Assembly: GCA_002633005.1 (NCBI GenBank)
Contig: NMRA01000290.1
Span: forward strand, 250,748-314,747
Source: Phoronis australis
Lineage: Eukaryota; Animalia; Phoronida
Direction: 5' to 3'
Length of the DNA stretch: 64,000 bases
Part shown: positions 40,301-53,710 of the stretch, piece after piece
How the letters are laid out: each line of letters begins with the position of its first letter
Numbering within the stretch: the stretch's first letter is position 1
Notes under the pieces: generated by a model
The model's database searches: none
What the model was told of the DNA's origin: nothing
The model's input: the letters and a program-made list of their open reading frames with translations, nothing else
Made by a program: the position numbers and the translations under genes

Positions 40301-43300
40301 CATCATGACATCGCGCACTGTGACAATTGTTCCTCATGAAAAAAACACCGCTTGAAAGAATTTGAGGAGAGATAATGGTAATGGTTTGGGTACCTCATTG
40401 CAATTAGATACTTCCTTACTAGGACCTAAGTGCAGTCCACACACAGACGTACCCTAGAAAAAAATTATTCCTGGAAGAGTTGTCGCTACTGACATTTGGA
40501 AGCTGTCTGGATAATATTTAAATCACTGCAACTTGCTCCACATTATCAAGGTTGGGTAACTTTTTCTATGGTAACTTGTCCCATTTCTAATCGGTTTGTG
40601 GCTGCAAACCTGGCGCAAAGCGGCAGTAATTATCAGCTGCATGCTCGCATAGTTTACATGGAACTTTTTTTTTCATGCCGTATTCACATTCGCATTTTTG
40701 CAAAGGTTCAAATGCCCAGAGCGAGAACTCATACGTGTGTGCATCCAGTGATGTGCATGAAAGTGGGGCTAGTTGCTCTAGGGTGGGAAATATGACTGAA
40801 TGTTCCCCAAAGGTATAAATCTATCCAAGCTCAACGGACAAGGCCTGATATAACTAAGACCCAATGTTCATCTGATCCGATCAGAGTCTGTCACTATTCA
40901 GATTCTGACGATATTTTAGCAGCATTTAACTATGTTTGTCAACGAAGAAACTCTTTCTTTCACAAAGGTAAAAACGGATTGTTTGGTATGTTGCATCAGG
41001 CACCTAGGCTACACTGTAATTACATGTTGGCAGCTACGGTAGTTTTGTCGGCAAAATTCAGACACTTACCACTGGAAATTATACAATGGACTTCTGGGAT
41101 ATCACAAAAGTACAATATTCACAGCGCAACGTGACTGTTCTGATTTAACCAAGGCGAATTGTAATTTGATGAAAAATTACTTTTGTCGCACAAACAGGAC
41201 TAGCATGTGCATGCCATCGTCTCCACTAGGGCTATGCAACAGTTCGCCCCTATGAGGCCTTGGAACTTCCTGCCAGGCTCTGTACTTGCTTAAGATTTAT
41301 GTAACTATATCAATGGCGTTCTTTCACCTCATCAAAAGTACAATTTATTGTTAAACCATGTTCTCGTGTCAAAAACGACTTTCTTCACAGGCATATTTGC
41401 TCTTCCAAAGCAATGTCATTGTGTTCTTATCTCTTGCTTGAATGCATGAATCAAGTGACCTTCCCTAAGAAATGTCAGTAACTACTCACTTAAATGTGTC
41501 AATTTCTCTTCAATTAGGAAAATCACATTGGTCCCCTATCACATGAACACCCTCATGATTTTTTCTGCCATTCTTAATTTAGTCATGCCAAGAATTGTAC
41601 ATATCACTTGGCTTACCTCAAAATCCAACTCTGCCTGGTGGTTTGGTAATTGGTCCAATTATGGTGCACACCCAGCAGAATTAATGAGGAGCATCACAGG
41701 CTAGGTTATACAAAAGTTTTAGGTTGTAAATGTTGCATTTCTTGTCCAATTTTCAAAATTCAAAAACCTAAGCACATGTACTTTTCGCAAACTATTCAAA
41801 TATGCTATTTAAAAACCTTCAAAATGAAAATTTAAAAATAATTTTCTATTTTCGCACTCAGTGCGTTTATAATGGGTCTGAGAACAATAACATCAGCAGC
41901 CTGAGGCAATGTAATTAACTACAGCAGCATGGTGTCTTTGATCAATGCTGGTAAATTTCCAGGTGGCAAACCGGTGAGTAGCCAAATCTTGACTGGTGAG
42001 GGAGTATGTAGGATTCTTTTCATGATCTAAGTAGAAACCAAAAAGAGATATCTTTATTCATTAGCACCACGTGGAGAATATCGAGCTGCCTACTGAAATT
42101 AATTGCCATAAAAAGCCTGGAATTACCCTGAAGGCCACACTGCTTCAGTGACTAAAACTACCCTGCCACGGCAAGCACATTTCACATGCTTGGTTTGAAG
42201 CCATAATGAACTGTCAATTCTATAACCCCAGAAATCCTGTCTAATCTGAGTAAAGAGTAATTAAAACCAGAGAGCCTGATTTTATAATGGTAAAAAGTAA
42301 ACTAATCAAAAGTTGCTTTTTGATAAAATAATCAGAAGTTGAGGTTTAGTGCCTATAAGGGACCTTATGTACAAGTCGTCATATTTGCCCAAATATCTAC
42401 AAAATTGTAAATTTTAACTTTTGAATAAATATCTGTTGGTCGAAAGCCTGATTTTGATTTTTACTAGGAGGAAAATTGATACAAGTCTATTACTTTTTCA
42501 TAATTTTTTGTTTTTTGTTAGTTTCTGTGTTCGCACAATATAGGTTGCATTTCGTATCTGATCAACGTGGAATTTACATGCAATCTGTGTCTTGTGAATG
42601 GCTCAAAGTCTACAGCTCTTGTTTAAAATTAGAAACAAGATGACATTGTGGCGGCCATTTTTCCCTTTTTTTTGGTTCGCAGAACCATAGCTCTGCTGTC
42701 CAGATTTTCTTCTGCAGATAGATCATTTCACAGGCAACCAGATTTATGCTATTTGTTTTTCTTTGGGATTTACCACTCTTGACTTATTCAAGATTTTCAG
42801 ATAACTGCTCTCTAATTAAATTTTGTTTTTGTGGTGTTTCTTTGGCGTCCCTTGACAGATCTGTCAAAAATTTGGTATGTGGATAAATCATTTCAAGCGC
42901 AAACAGCATTGAGAAACCCGTTTCTCACTACGACCATTCTTGTGATATTCGATATTTTCTGCCGAGACGACTGTTCTTTGTTTCCAGTTACATTTTGTTG
43001 GTGCGTGGTAAACATCGCATTTTTCGTCTGATCAAAATGAAATTTACGTACAGGGTTTATGTAATCACTAGCTAAAGGGACTTCTGTTTTTGAGCAAAAT
43101 CAGATGCAAGATGTCACTATGGTGACCATTTTATTTATGTTTGCAATCCTTGAACCAATTCTCTGACCCATCCTCTTCAAATTTGGTATACAAATAGATC
43201 TCTTCACGGGCTGTCAGCAGTGCAAGATTGGTTTCTCGCTGATTTGATGACTTTCTATAACTGACTAATTCCTCAATTGACATTTAATGGTTTATAATTT

Positions 43301-46300
43301 ACTGTATATTGGTGTACTAGGCCTAGGGGTCATGGTTGTTAATGTTCTGGGTTTCGTCGTCGACTTCAACTTTAAAGTTTTATTCGATTTTGTCACTCCT
43401 CAGTGAGTTTTCATTTACTCTTTACCAGTCTGTCATTAATTAGGTTTGGTGACCATGTACAACAAATAACCAAATTTTATTTGATATAAATGCTCAAGAT
43501 GAGGTCTCAAAAATGCTTTAAAGTCTTCGTTTTCGCTTTAAGCAACTTTTATTTTTCATGAAAATCATAAATACGTTATTTTTGATAGCCATATAAAGTG
43601 GAGCATTTTTCAAACAATATGTAAAATTTTGAATAACAGGGCATAAAGTATAGACCTGAACGTGTCATATGAGTCTGGTCAGCCATTTATGAGATATGAT
43701 GTTCCAAGTTATCCAATTTGGACGATTCTAAGGTCCTACATTTATGGCAATGTAACAGCAGGACATATTTCTGAGAGTAGATAATTTGGATCTGTGTGTC
43801 AAAACACTGTAAGGCAATTAACTGTGGTTTGGTCAGTGTATCTGTAAATACTTATATTGCTATGGTTCTACGTTGTTTTTTTCCGTATGATTTACCTAGC
43901 TGTGCATACTAACAAAACATTTTGTGTTAGCATTGTGGCACACCAGTCGGAGCATTGGTTTGTATTGACCATCAAAATTCTGAGTGCTACCTCTTAAATT
44001 ATTTCATAGTCAAAAAGAGTGTAAAAAAGTTATCAGTCACTACTAAGTTCACCGCATAAGGTTTTTGTTTTGAAAATAAATTCAGACTTGATGAGGTAAC
44101 ATAACTAAGTTACTAGGCAGAAACTTCTGAAATTCATTTGGCAACTAGATATCAAGCAGCTGCTCTACAACTTTCGGAGTTGGTGCAAATTAAGACAAAT
44201 CAAGACAGATGATTTGATGAGTGTGACATAGGTTCTTTCAGTGGTTTATCGTAGTAAAGTACCAGCAAAGTGATTCCTAGCCATGCAGCCAGCTTAAGCT
44301 ATATCTATCGTCAAAGTGCAATATATAGTATACAGCTTTGCGCCAAGGCTACTTAGTAAGTGATTCTGAACTGAAACGGCTAGGAAGGGGGGCAATGACT
44401 GCCAACTGGTGTCGATAAAGCAATTGTGGTTGACAAGAGTCAGGGCCTTAATAATGGGCCCATTATTCAGTGGATGAAACTGCAGCACCATGCCATGAAT
44501 ATCACGCTTACAAGGAAGTCACGCATTTCTAAAGATATGCGGGAACTTTCACCGCTCGTCCTTCTGAGCGGCTTTTAACAGGATCAAAGAGAGCGTGGCA
44601 CCGGAGTCGGACACACTGTTGTGATGACTACATTGTCTGGTGAGAGCAAGACACAATTAAGAGTAATTACCCAACCATAAACTGTAGTAACCATCTCTGC
44701 CTGTTCATACCGGCGAATTTTCAAAATGCATAAACCAATAATTTTCGTTGAAAACAAGCACCACAGTGTTATTCAGCTGGAAAAAAACAACCACTAAAGT
44801 ATGGTTTTCAATTTTTAAAATCGATGAACTAAAAAGCATTGGGTACAATTGAAGATAAACGACCATGCGTATTGATATACTCGGTAGATTTACAAACACT
44901 GATCAGAGTTAACAATGTCACATTTATTTTTTTAATTTAATATTTTATTTCTTAAAAGAAGGAAAATAACAGCAAATGCAACACCATTCACACACCATTC
45001 ATATAGCCACGCACTCTTAATGAACAAATTACTTCCGAAATTATACACATGCGAGTAAATATATCTAAGTATTTACAGAGGGCTTCCCAAAAGGTGAAAT
45101 TCAGGGGTTTTTTTAAATAGATGGTCAGCTTTCGTCTAACTTTTAAAAAAAATTCAAATGTAGACTTGCTGCGGACCAAAGATGATTGAAACTGGCTTAA
45201 AGTTAGTACAGTATTAACCTCTTCAAAATTGAGTCCAAAATAGGCGTTTAAAATGTTAGTCTTAACTATATCCTTTCAATCATGTTTAACCAGATTTTTT
45301 ACTGGGAAACAGTTGTACATAACTTGTGCCCACTCTTCATTTTTTATGAGTGACAATGAAAAAGTTAGACTAGTTATGTAGTCAGTTCAACTAAAATTGT
45401 CCAAAGATTCAAACTTTCAGTTTGGATATCACCATATTTGCACTTTTGTATGTATTTTATGATTTGTGTTCAAATAAAGATTAAACTTGAACTAATGACA
45501 GGTGTAGTTTTGTTTGCCGCGAAATGTTTAAAGTATCTGTAACCTGGAAAGTTCAGGCATGGGTTCACAATTAACAAAATTAATTAAGTTTCTCTGGCGA
45601 TCAAAATCTAGCACTTCAAGTTTAAGAATAAAACAAAACGGTGAGAAGAAAACAAGTAGACATGACTATTACAAATGAAATAATGAAAACCGGCATGAAT
45701 TTAAGCGTATTTAACCATTTTTAACCATTTTGTTATATTTAAAATGTGCCAAGTTAAAATTAATTTCCACAGCTGCAGGCTATAATTGACTAAACGCAAT
45801 TACATTGCCCTGGATGCTGCAGGCCAACCAAGGAACTATTCACTACTTGCACATTTTGGTGGCGCTGTAAAAATAATTGTTGTGCATTAATTGTTGATTA
45901 GGTCAGATTAGGACACAATGCCTCGTTTTTACATCAGTTTTAACAATGCAAACACAAAAGCGCGAGTGTTCCGAACATGCAAAACCATTGTAATTTGAAC
46001 ACAACACCTCGTTTTCAAGCATAATGTCAAATTCGTGCAAGTAGTGAATGTGTTGCCTATATAACTGAACTCATTATAACTGACTGTGCAAATGCTAGAA
46101 CCAATTTGGGTGTAATAACAAACACCATGTTGAGACAGGTAGTGCTAGTTCTTACCTTTCCACTTCATTAGCTCAAATCTACAGCAATACAAAGGACGTG
46201 CTGAATAGGCATCACAAAAGTTGACTGGGGTTGAGAGAATCTGAGCAGTGATCAGTTACTAAGTAAGCGAGAAATTCTCCGGTGGTTCTCTATATCAGGG

Positions 46301-46588
46301 ACGGCCAGTGCCGTCAAAAGCGTACACTGTGCCTAACTTCCAGTACACAGTAACAGTGACTCACCAACTAAGCGACCAAATTCCGCAAAGGATGGCGTGC
46401 ATCCAAGAGATGACCAGATTATTCCACTTCCATTGGGCTTCCCAACCCACAACAGACTTCGGAGTTCCATAACGACAAACGCACTTGTGTAAAATTTGAA
46501 AGAAAATTACTGAAGACAACACGCCAAAATAACCATATTTTACATCAATGACAACGTTGGACGGCGAAACTGACTGTATCGACTCCAT
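21932..46588 (-). CDS. TLCD1/2-like: TLC (TRAM/LAG1/CLN8) domain protein, TLCD1/2-like paralog A, 283 aa: complement join(46365..46588,25316..25398,24364..24446,21932..22393)
   Basis: Exons of 224, 83, 83 and 462 nt join in frame (852 nt). Family motifs WKWNNLVISWMHA, STGYFIHD, WEVVVHH, LLSEVNTIFLH, NLVTFVIFRF, INPILFWRLLKSD. Confidence 0.92.
24364..24446 (-). CDS. TLCD1/2-like: TLCD-A exon 3 (GYFIHDCIDIFTGVGVRTFWEVVVHHIV)
   Basis: Acceptor tttctcctctag|, donor |gtaagt; 83 nt; GYF.HD and HH motifs of the TLC domain. Confidence 0.93.
25316..25398 (-). CDS. TLCD1/2-like: TLCD-A exon 2 (C-FYICPNMVNELVYGVSVYKFCLISMST-G)
   Basis: Acceptor tgtgtttcag|, donor G|gtaagg; 83 nt, phase 2/1. Confidence 0.9.
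26205..26417. mobile_element. 213-bp MITE, Tc1/mariner superfamily (Tc2/pogo-like)
   Basis: TA|CCGTAAACGTTTGGGTTAACGCCC ... GGGCATTAACCCGAACGTTTACGG|TA; internal TTAA(C/G)CGCCCAC repeats. Confidence 0.9.
26232..27106 (+). repeat. ~436-bp tandem duplication
   Basis: 26232-26667 is repeated from 26668 with a few substitutions/1-nt indels; CTC microhomology at the junction; no N. Confidence 0.93.
28954..29356. mobile_element. Diverged copy of the 53220 MITE family
   Basis: Shares GTCTC..ACTC.AA.CGAACTCGAAA, GTGCTCGAATACAT and the GAGTAAAAAGATT.GACC..GGCC end. Confidence 0.72.
30508..30833. mobile_element. MITE with CGTCCACA..TACCCTAGAAC termini
   Basis: Left end CGTCCACAG..TACCCTAGAAC, right end GTTCTAGGGTAA..TGTGTGGACGCC; related pieces at 31041-31200 and 40432-40580. 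Confidence 0.62.
30926..31042 (-). pseudogene. Orphan cytochrome P450 (CYP4-clan-like) exon fragment, F-G loop/G helix region
   Basis: Translates without stops as WLIPDFIYRLTSDGRLFFKKVAFVEKFLTDVIAARKATV and ends at a canonical |gtaagt donor. Resembles from memory the CYP4 pattern WL.PDFIY.LT..GR.F......H.FT..VI..RK. No acceptor and no other P450 exons seen. Confidence 0.7.
31041..31200. repeat. Truncated half of a related MITE abutting the CYP4-like fragment
   Basis: Diverged reverse complement of 40432-40580. Confidence 0.62.
32520..32715 (-). mobile_element. Possible highly decayed LINE reverse-transcriptase remnant
   Basis: IQPFADD followed, across stops and frameshifts, by LKF and KCMM, resembling RT 'FADD...W.LKFN..KC'. 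Weak. Confidence 0.3.
33565..34956. mobile_element. 1.4-kb non-autonomous Tc2/pogo-like DNA transposon
   Basis: TA|TCGTATTCGCCGTAATAACCGCCCA ... TGGGTGGTTATTACGGCGAATATGG|TA (25-bp TIR, 3 mismatches); subterminal GGGCGCTTA motifs; CpG-rich interior. Confidence 0.88.
35952..37969 (+). repeat. ~550-bp direct repeat (35952-36506 / 37422-37969) bracketing the N at 36532
   Basis: Near-identical copies with several SNPs and a 7-bp indel. Confidence 0.93.
36533..37421. mobile_element. Longer member of the same CCGTAAACG family, one end only (other end lost in the N gap)
   Basis: About 37270..37421 is the reverse complement of the left part of the 26205 MITE; ends ...GTTTACGG|TA; CpG-rich interior with no recognisable transposase. 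Confidence 0.8.
39520..39850 (-). mobile_element. Degenerate 3' end of a LINE ORF2 (L2/CR1-group-like)
   Basis: YNAL.....CNTVLGNCNKSLLD....L.DRA...LG and YLTR.....LVIPKFR resemble the post-RT C-terminal motifs of L2/CR1-group elements (recalled, not searched). Confidence 0.6.
40432..40580. repeat. Related MITE arm
   Basis: GTCCACACACAGAC.TACCCTAGAA...GGGTAACTT..TGGTAACTTGTCC; inverted match to 31041-31200. Confidence 0.6.
46365..46588 (-). CDS. TLCD1/2-like: TLCD-A exon 1
   Basis: ATG at 46588, hydrophobic TM segment, WKWNN..SWMHA motif, donor TG|gtgagt (phase 2). Confidence 0.88.
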
Positions 46589-49133
46589 TCTTTATAATCT
46601 AACACTGTTAACAGCGGCTAACCAAGAGCTTCTTCCTGAAACAACCTAAAACATGCTTGTTTGTTGACACCGGGCGCCAGTCGGAAAGCGACGGTCAAGT
46701 GATTCAGTCTGGTGCTTCACGGATTTTCGTATGAAATTCAACCAAGGTGACCAGATCGCAAGTTGTGAATGATCCACGATAGATGGCAGTATACAGTCTA
46801 AAAGTGGGCGCGGTAAAAGTCTGCATTTCACGATGAAGCCTTTCAAGATGAAGTGTGTTGGCATCATTCATATCACATGACTTTATTAACTAAGGAAATA
46901 ACGCACACTCAAGTCATCTGTAAGGAACACCATGATAACAAATTTGGTGTAACACGGACACAAACACTTTATTATCTTTTAACAGATTCCGTTCCGGCGT
47001 TCCACTATCATGACTATCACAAGACCCGTCCCAACTGCTTTTGGGTTTAACTTAAATGAGGTCAATGTTTTGGTGTGTGTGTGGAACAAATTGCCTGAAC
47101 AAATACAATGACCTGAGAAAATGTCAAGTACTTGGTTAAGACTTTTCATGGAAATAACTGTGAGTGTAAAAATTGGATCCATAATTGTTGTAGCCTGATG
47201 TCTTGATTCATGGGAACCACTACATATTTTTCATCAGCACAGACGTCGCAAATCGCGGTTGGTTGCATTGGCGTTGTTTCGAGGTCGATATTTCGTCCAA
47301 CTAGAACCGACGTCAAATAGACGGCGCTGTGGGACTTACGTTTGCTATGCTTGTATATGTTTAGACAAGTTCTTTTGTATATGCCGGTATTTTCAGTTCC
47401 TGTCGGTAAATAAACTTCCTCCACTATTTATTGTATCGGTAACTGGCACTTGTGCTAATGTTTTCGTCAGTGGACTTATGTCTCGTTTTCCCGGACATCT
47501 TGTTTCTCTGAGGCGGACCTTTTTTCCTACTACCCCCCCCCTTGGGTGCGCGCATGAACTAGTAGGCCAAACTAATGCCGTATTCTGGTAGCGCCTCTGA
47601 GCGGCACCTGTGACATAAAATGACGCACTCGAAACACTACAACTCGAAATTGGGAAAGTGAAAAAACCTGCCCGGTCACTGTTTCTCAAGAATTCTATTA
47701 TTTGAAAAGCCTTGCAAATACATTCAAGTTATTTTTGAACAACGTATAGGTTCATGACTGACAACTCTTCTCATCCAGTGACCCCAGGCAGGCCCTCACT
47801 CACGTTTTAAAGACCTTGAAATTTAAAACGCAAAGAAATTGAGTAGACCACTTACCGCTATTTAAAATTAGTGTCAAATTTATCCTTAGTTAAACTGTAG
47901 GCCTAGTTGGTGTCAGGGCTTCGGAAAAATTACATGCCTTCGTTATTGCTCCGAGACCAGTCTACAACTGAATTGATTTCACGTTCAGGGCATGCTGTTT
48001 TATGCGCCGAAATAACGAATTGTGAGTTCATTGCGATTTCAGAGTATTGTGAACAATTGAAACCGATTTCACACCGCCGGTAGGCGTAACCAAAAGTTTT
48101 CTTCGAAGCCGGCGCATCCGAGTAAAAAACCCAGCCTGTTTCCGATTTCTTAAAAAACAAGCCAAATTACTTTCCATTATGAAATTGCTCTCAGTGTTCT
48201 TTGATGAAGTTCGATATGATTTTAGTGTCATTGTTTGAGAAAAAAGATTGCATAATATAAAATCAGGTCACCCACCGTGTCCTGAAATTTTGTGACTGGC
48301 TTCGTCTGAAGAAGCGGACTGTCAGGTGTTCCAGAGATCATTTCTAAACTGGGAAAGGAAAAATGTAAAAACTTATATAACGATAAAAAGTGTGGTTTTC
48401 AAGAATGCCGCTTTAATAAATCAAACACAATGCACCTAATAGTTAAGTCGCCAATATCAAACGTCACCCCGGTTGAGATACTCAAATGAAAGCTATTTGG
48501 TTCGTAAAAAGTTGCCAAACGAATTTTGATAAACAAGGCAGTGTTGTCATTTTTCATGCTTCATTGAAAGGAACAGTTTCAGCTAGTTGCTTTTGTGGTT
48601 AAACAAACTTTGTCTCCGTTGAGAGACAGTGTTCCTGCTAAATCACGACGTGTTTAGCTATAATACAGAAACCTACTCTAGATAACACTACATGCAACAT
48701 ACAATGATTAAAGTGTTGCAGTCTTTTGAGACGATGGAATTACGATGATTAGAGGACCACGAGTAGTCTGAGACGGGTTGTCTCGAGAAACCAGCAAACC
48801 CACCCACTGCGGTAAGAAACTATTTGACTTACACCTAGAAGATATACTACGTTGCAAACTGAAATCTATAGTCGGATACTTACTCAGATTAGAAGTGTCA
48901 CTGGGCTTGAAAAGAACTAAATCCTTTCAATCGTCATTGCCGAACCCGGATCATGGTCAGGAGTCCTGTTCTCAGTCCTAAATACAGTCAAACACCCTTA
49001 CAATTTCCCGGGATTTGACCCCGCTCAGTGACGAAGCTGAATAACGTTTTTGCCAAACTTAACGTAGAAAATAAATCTGAAACTAAATAAGGCAATCCAG
49101 ATCCTCCCAAGGATACTATTGTTTCACGAAATG

Positions 49134-49275
49134 TAGAATATAAATTGGTAAATAAAACAACAAGAATGGATCAACTGAAATTTGAAATTTTCGGATGTAA
49201 TAACTTCCTTTGTCAACAGAAACAGAAACAGAAACAGAAAAACTTAGAAATCACTTCTAATTTGGACACCTATAA
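49134..49275 (+). repeat. Dispersed repeat also present at ~27154-27282
   Basis: Shared GGTAAATAAAACAACAAGAATG..CCTTTGTCAACAGAAACAGAAA..TTGGACA. Confidence 0.8.
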
Positions 49276-52200
49276 ATAGGCGTACGCGTAACGACAGCGT
49301 TTAGAAAGCGCTATGTGGTTTTGAGAGGATAAGCCTACGTGTGAACGGACGCCATATCCGTAATGTTTCTAAATGAAGGAATTTCGAGGGCGTAGGGCCT
49401 GAGTGAGGTATGGGAGTAAGAGGCATGATAGGTTTCCCGGAAGACGGATTTCACTGGAAACACTTTTCACCAGTAGGCCTATTTACGAAGTATGGTTATT
49501 TTTAGCCGCTGACCTGCAACGTTTCGTTCTCTCAGTTAACGAAGCGCCAGGTTCATAGACATGATTGTCACGGTGAGTGCGCCTATCACTCGGGATCCGT
49601 CCTAGCCGTAAGGCCGGGCGCAACGGCCTACGACTGTCGATTGATTAAACGGGCGCGTTTATAACCAAGAAGAGGAAATAAGTACGTTGCTTTCACTCTG
49701 GCAGCAAAATTAAAGTACATAATGTAAAACAAGTATGGTTCTAACCAAACGTGCGCAACCAATCGCGTACAGTGATTGCATCGTAGAGGCTGAGCTGAGT
49801 GAAAGTAAAAATGCATTGCCGCATCAATTTTTTGGACAACCACAGACCAGATCCTATATCAGATTTTTTAGCCTAAGTAAATACTCTAAAAACCAAAACA
49901 TCCACAATGCAGTCACGTGTAAAGCTGGCCATATTACATATTAAAGCTATCGTATTCAATTCTCTCTAAGTTTTTAGTGAGCAAGTACAAAGCGAGTTCA
50001 TCCATTTTTCGTAAAAATGTCGTACAGAGGAAGCTAGATTCTTTAGAAAGTTGCCAATTTTAAAGTTACTGGAGCCGAGATTGGCGCATTAGATGGCTAA
50101 AATTTACCAATTTTTTACATGATATACATGGAAACGAATCATGATCGCTGAACCAGACACAAAAATCCTCAACGCCACGTGTCCTTACATCATTTAAAAA
50201 ATAATCGTGGAAGGTTTAATTGATGTCGTCCGAAAAATCAGCAACTTAAATCTACTATAGTAGCTTAGTATACAGTCAACAAATATGTAGGCCTCACTAT
50301 GGATTTAACTTCCGATTGAAACAACTGAACTCGGCAGTCTGGGTCGTGTTCCCACGCTCGTGCCGAATTCGCCCCTTCTAGAAAAAAAAAGTTTAATTTT
50401 GGAAAAAAGCTCTTACAGTCTTTCTATTTCACGAAACCAGGTGATTAATATTATCTGATTCGGAAAGTGAAGACTGCATTTTGTCGCTGTTTAGTTGTCA
50501 TCGAAACATTGAAGCGTTTCTTAAGTCGGAGATAGCTTGAATGTTCTTGTCGGAAATAGCATCCTAGCTATTACGGTAAGGAATAGAGGAGGCAGATTTT
50601 AAGGGAGTAAAAGGCCTAATTCAATTTTTGTTTTTTAGTCAGCTAAGCAGGGCGAAATCCACCTTGAAAATACAACATTCCAGTAATTATTGTAAAATCC
50701 ACCAATGAACTGTGTCTTAATACTCAATACTTGCAGTGAACTATCAGTGAACTTTACAATTGCTACCAGTTTTCTCTATCCTCGATCGAGACAAGGTAGG
50801 CCTACGCTTGCCATTTGTCACGGTTCGCTCATTCCTTCGGAACAAAAAAATAATTTTTAATTTTTTGAAGCCAGATATGAACTGACTCCAGCAAATACAA
50901 GACGGAAACGGCGTTCATCTAGTGCGACATGGATGCACCGCTCGCCCAGTTTTTTTTTCAACTCCGGTAACCCAAAAACTTTGTAAGGGTCGAGTCCACC
51001 CCCTCCCTCCCCCCAGAGCGTGTTCATCCCGATCCAGAAGGGGATAAAGTTGCACCATGACAACAGTCATTGACAATAAAACGAGTGATAAGATCGTGAA
51101 CAACTGATGAAACCAAAGGGATATGAAGAAGTCATGTTGAGGTACAACTTTTAGTTATAATTTAAATACCGAACTTGAACAAACTAAATTTACTAAGTAT
51201 GTCAAAAGAACAAGCCTAAGTGGAACCAAAAGTTGCTTAGACAGGGAAAAATAATTATATCCTACCTCCCGAAATCAACAGCTAGGAAACATTTTGGTAA
51301 TTCTTTTAATTTTAGTATATTGATAGCAACCATGCGATCTCACAAATCAGTGCAGCGGATGGGTAGGCTGGCGTAGTATTCCAGATACGCCAAGGTTTGG
51401 CGAATTTGTTGCGCCCCGCTCCCCTAATTTATACACGAGTAGGTACACGCATTTACAACAAAAACTTAAATTTTAAACTGAACTTGGCACTGTCTCACGT
51501 TGAGACTATTGCCTCCTAAGTGTACACAATTTCACCACACCTTAGTTGCACTCACTGGTCACATTTCTTGTGCGCCTGACATGAAATGTATACACATGTA
51601 ACTCTTTAATAGAGGCCCATTGTTTACTGAGTTCTGATTTTTTTGACTAATAAGCATTAACTAGGATTCTAATTCTGGTTTGAAAATGCAGAGAACTCTT
51701 TACTGTGCTGTACTTATGCTGGGCAGTTCCATTTTGATCCAAGTATGCATACGCTACGGTTATTAATCATTTGGTATAACAACAGAACCCAAAATCAACA
51801 TTGGAACACACGCCACACGACTAAATTTAACAATGCCATTGACTTTCCGACGTTAGTCATGGCAACAACTTCAAATAATCATATAATCCACGGCAAACAA
51901 GAAACAGAAAAAAGCTTCACTGCTAAATATTAGAAATTTCATTTGAAGACACCGACAGTCTCATACACGGACTCGCTATTCAGTAGCACCAGTGTATAGA
52001 AGTAAGCATCTGGGAGTATAGTAATATGATCATAGGCAGCCAATACCAAACAACTTCCTTATACGGGATAACATGTATTACCAATCAAACTTAACATTCA
52101 AAGGTTCAATCAAATACCGGCATACCAATCACGAAATCGATTACAGTATGTACTTAATAACAGTCTGCATGTAATCAAAACTGGGTGAACAATAAATTTA

Positions 52201-53219
52201 AACAGTCGCACCTTCCCTATTTCTCACAATGATCATAGAATTAAGGTTTCGTTAATAATCCTAACCTGAATCTACGACAAGACCAGGCGTGCGTTCCGAA
52301 GATGCGAGAACCTCGCGAGATAGTGCAATGTATTACAATGATCACACTCGCTTTCTTTACGGGATTCTTGCGTCTTCAGAATTCAACCCTGATTACGGTA
52401 AGACCTCACCAATTTCGGAGAATTGCCAAAATTGCCTTTTTCATTTTTCAAAGGTTTCTAACAATGTAGCGTGTGTCAATATTATTCGGTGGCAGCTGTG
52501 AAACACGAAATTTCACCGCCACATCGTGTCCTAAATTGGTGAGATTTTATCCTATCTGCAACAGGCAGGAGTGCCAAGCTGTAAGTGGCATTTTTGAAAT
52601 CTAACCACATTTGTAACTTAAAACTAATTACACAACACTATAAATTCTAACTTTCTAAGAAAGAGGAGAAATGATAGTCACTTTAAAACATATGATAATC
52701 TATAGCTACTGTCAGTAACTTAAAGTATCTGAAATATGAAAAGCTTTCTTGCATCATGACAAAAGCAAAATACTATTGCGTTTCTTCCTGTCCAAAATTC
52801 AAAAGATAGAGGAAAATATTTTGCTTGTGTCAGTGGCTATTTTCGACAAATTTATCAAGAGTCACATTTATTTCGAGACTGTTAGAAGAAAACGAAGAGT
52901 CGTCTGATATTTGTGAAATATCATGGACGTCAGAACCTTTCGCCTTGAATTTCAGGTTCCCAAATTTTAGGGACTGCCCACACGGTAGAATTTGAACGGT
53001 ACTCAACGGTGGAGGAGAGAATTTCTATGGTTTTCTCCTTGCCCTAAAGTGACAAGACCACAAGTGATGTCCTTAAAATTGCAACATGACATCTTCAATT
53101 TTGTGAATTTCAATGTAAAACACTAACTCACTACCGCTTAATTGGTACCAACTCGTGCCTTATCAAGAAAAGGTGATTTGAGAGATTTGGAAGAAACTGG
53201 CAAATATAGTACTGAACTG

Positions 53220-53621
53220 GGCCCAGTCTCTAATCTTTGTACTTGAAACGAACTCGAAACTATTTTTGGCAATTTCTCAGCTCCTTTTGAGCGAACTTAA
53301 GATAATTGGTTATCAGACTGTGCTCGAATACATTATAGTTTATGCATAGGAGTTTCTAGTTCAAGTTTGCCCTTGAAGACCCTTATATTTGTGCTACAAA
53401 CTAGAGTAAAAACTCGAAATTTCGAGTTCAAACTCTAACTTATTGCTTTAATATAGGGTTTACAAACTGTGGACTAAGGGCAATAAATTATCTACGTTAA
53501 GTTATTGTGTACTCCAGCATAGAATAATAGACATTTATCTTGAGTTCGCCCAAAAGTAGAGTAAAAAATGCTAAACCTAATTTCGAGTTCCATTTCGAGT
53601 AAAAAGATTGGAGACCAGGCC
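53220..53621. mobile_element. ~400-bp palindromic MITE, PIF/Harbinger-like
   Basis: CTG|GGCCCAGTCTCTAATCTTTGTACTTGAAA ... TTTCGAGTAAAAAGATTGGAGACCAGGCC|CTG; 3-bp CTG duplication. Confidence 0.8.
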
Positions 53622-53710
53622 CTGAACAAGCTGGACGTAAAATGAATCTGTTGAATGAAAATAAGCAGTCTTTGTGACCACACGCAACACTGGAGATACT
53701 ACAGAAATAT

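Noticed and set aside
46979-48231. Cluster of overlapping 67-110-aa ORFs upstream of TLCD-A
   Set aside because: No recognisable domains or consistent splice structure; expected by chance in CpG-richer promoter or TE-derived DNA.
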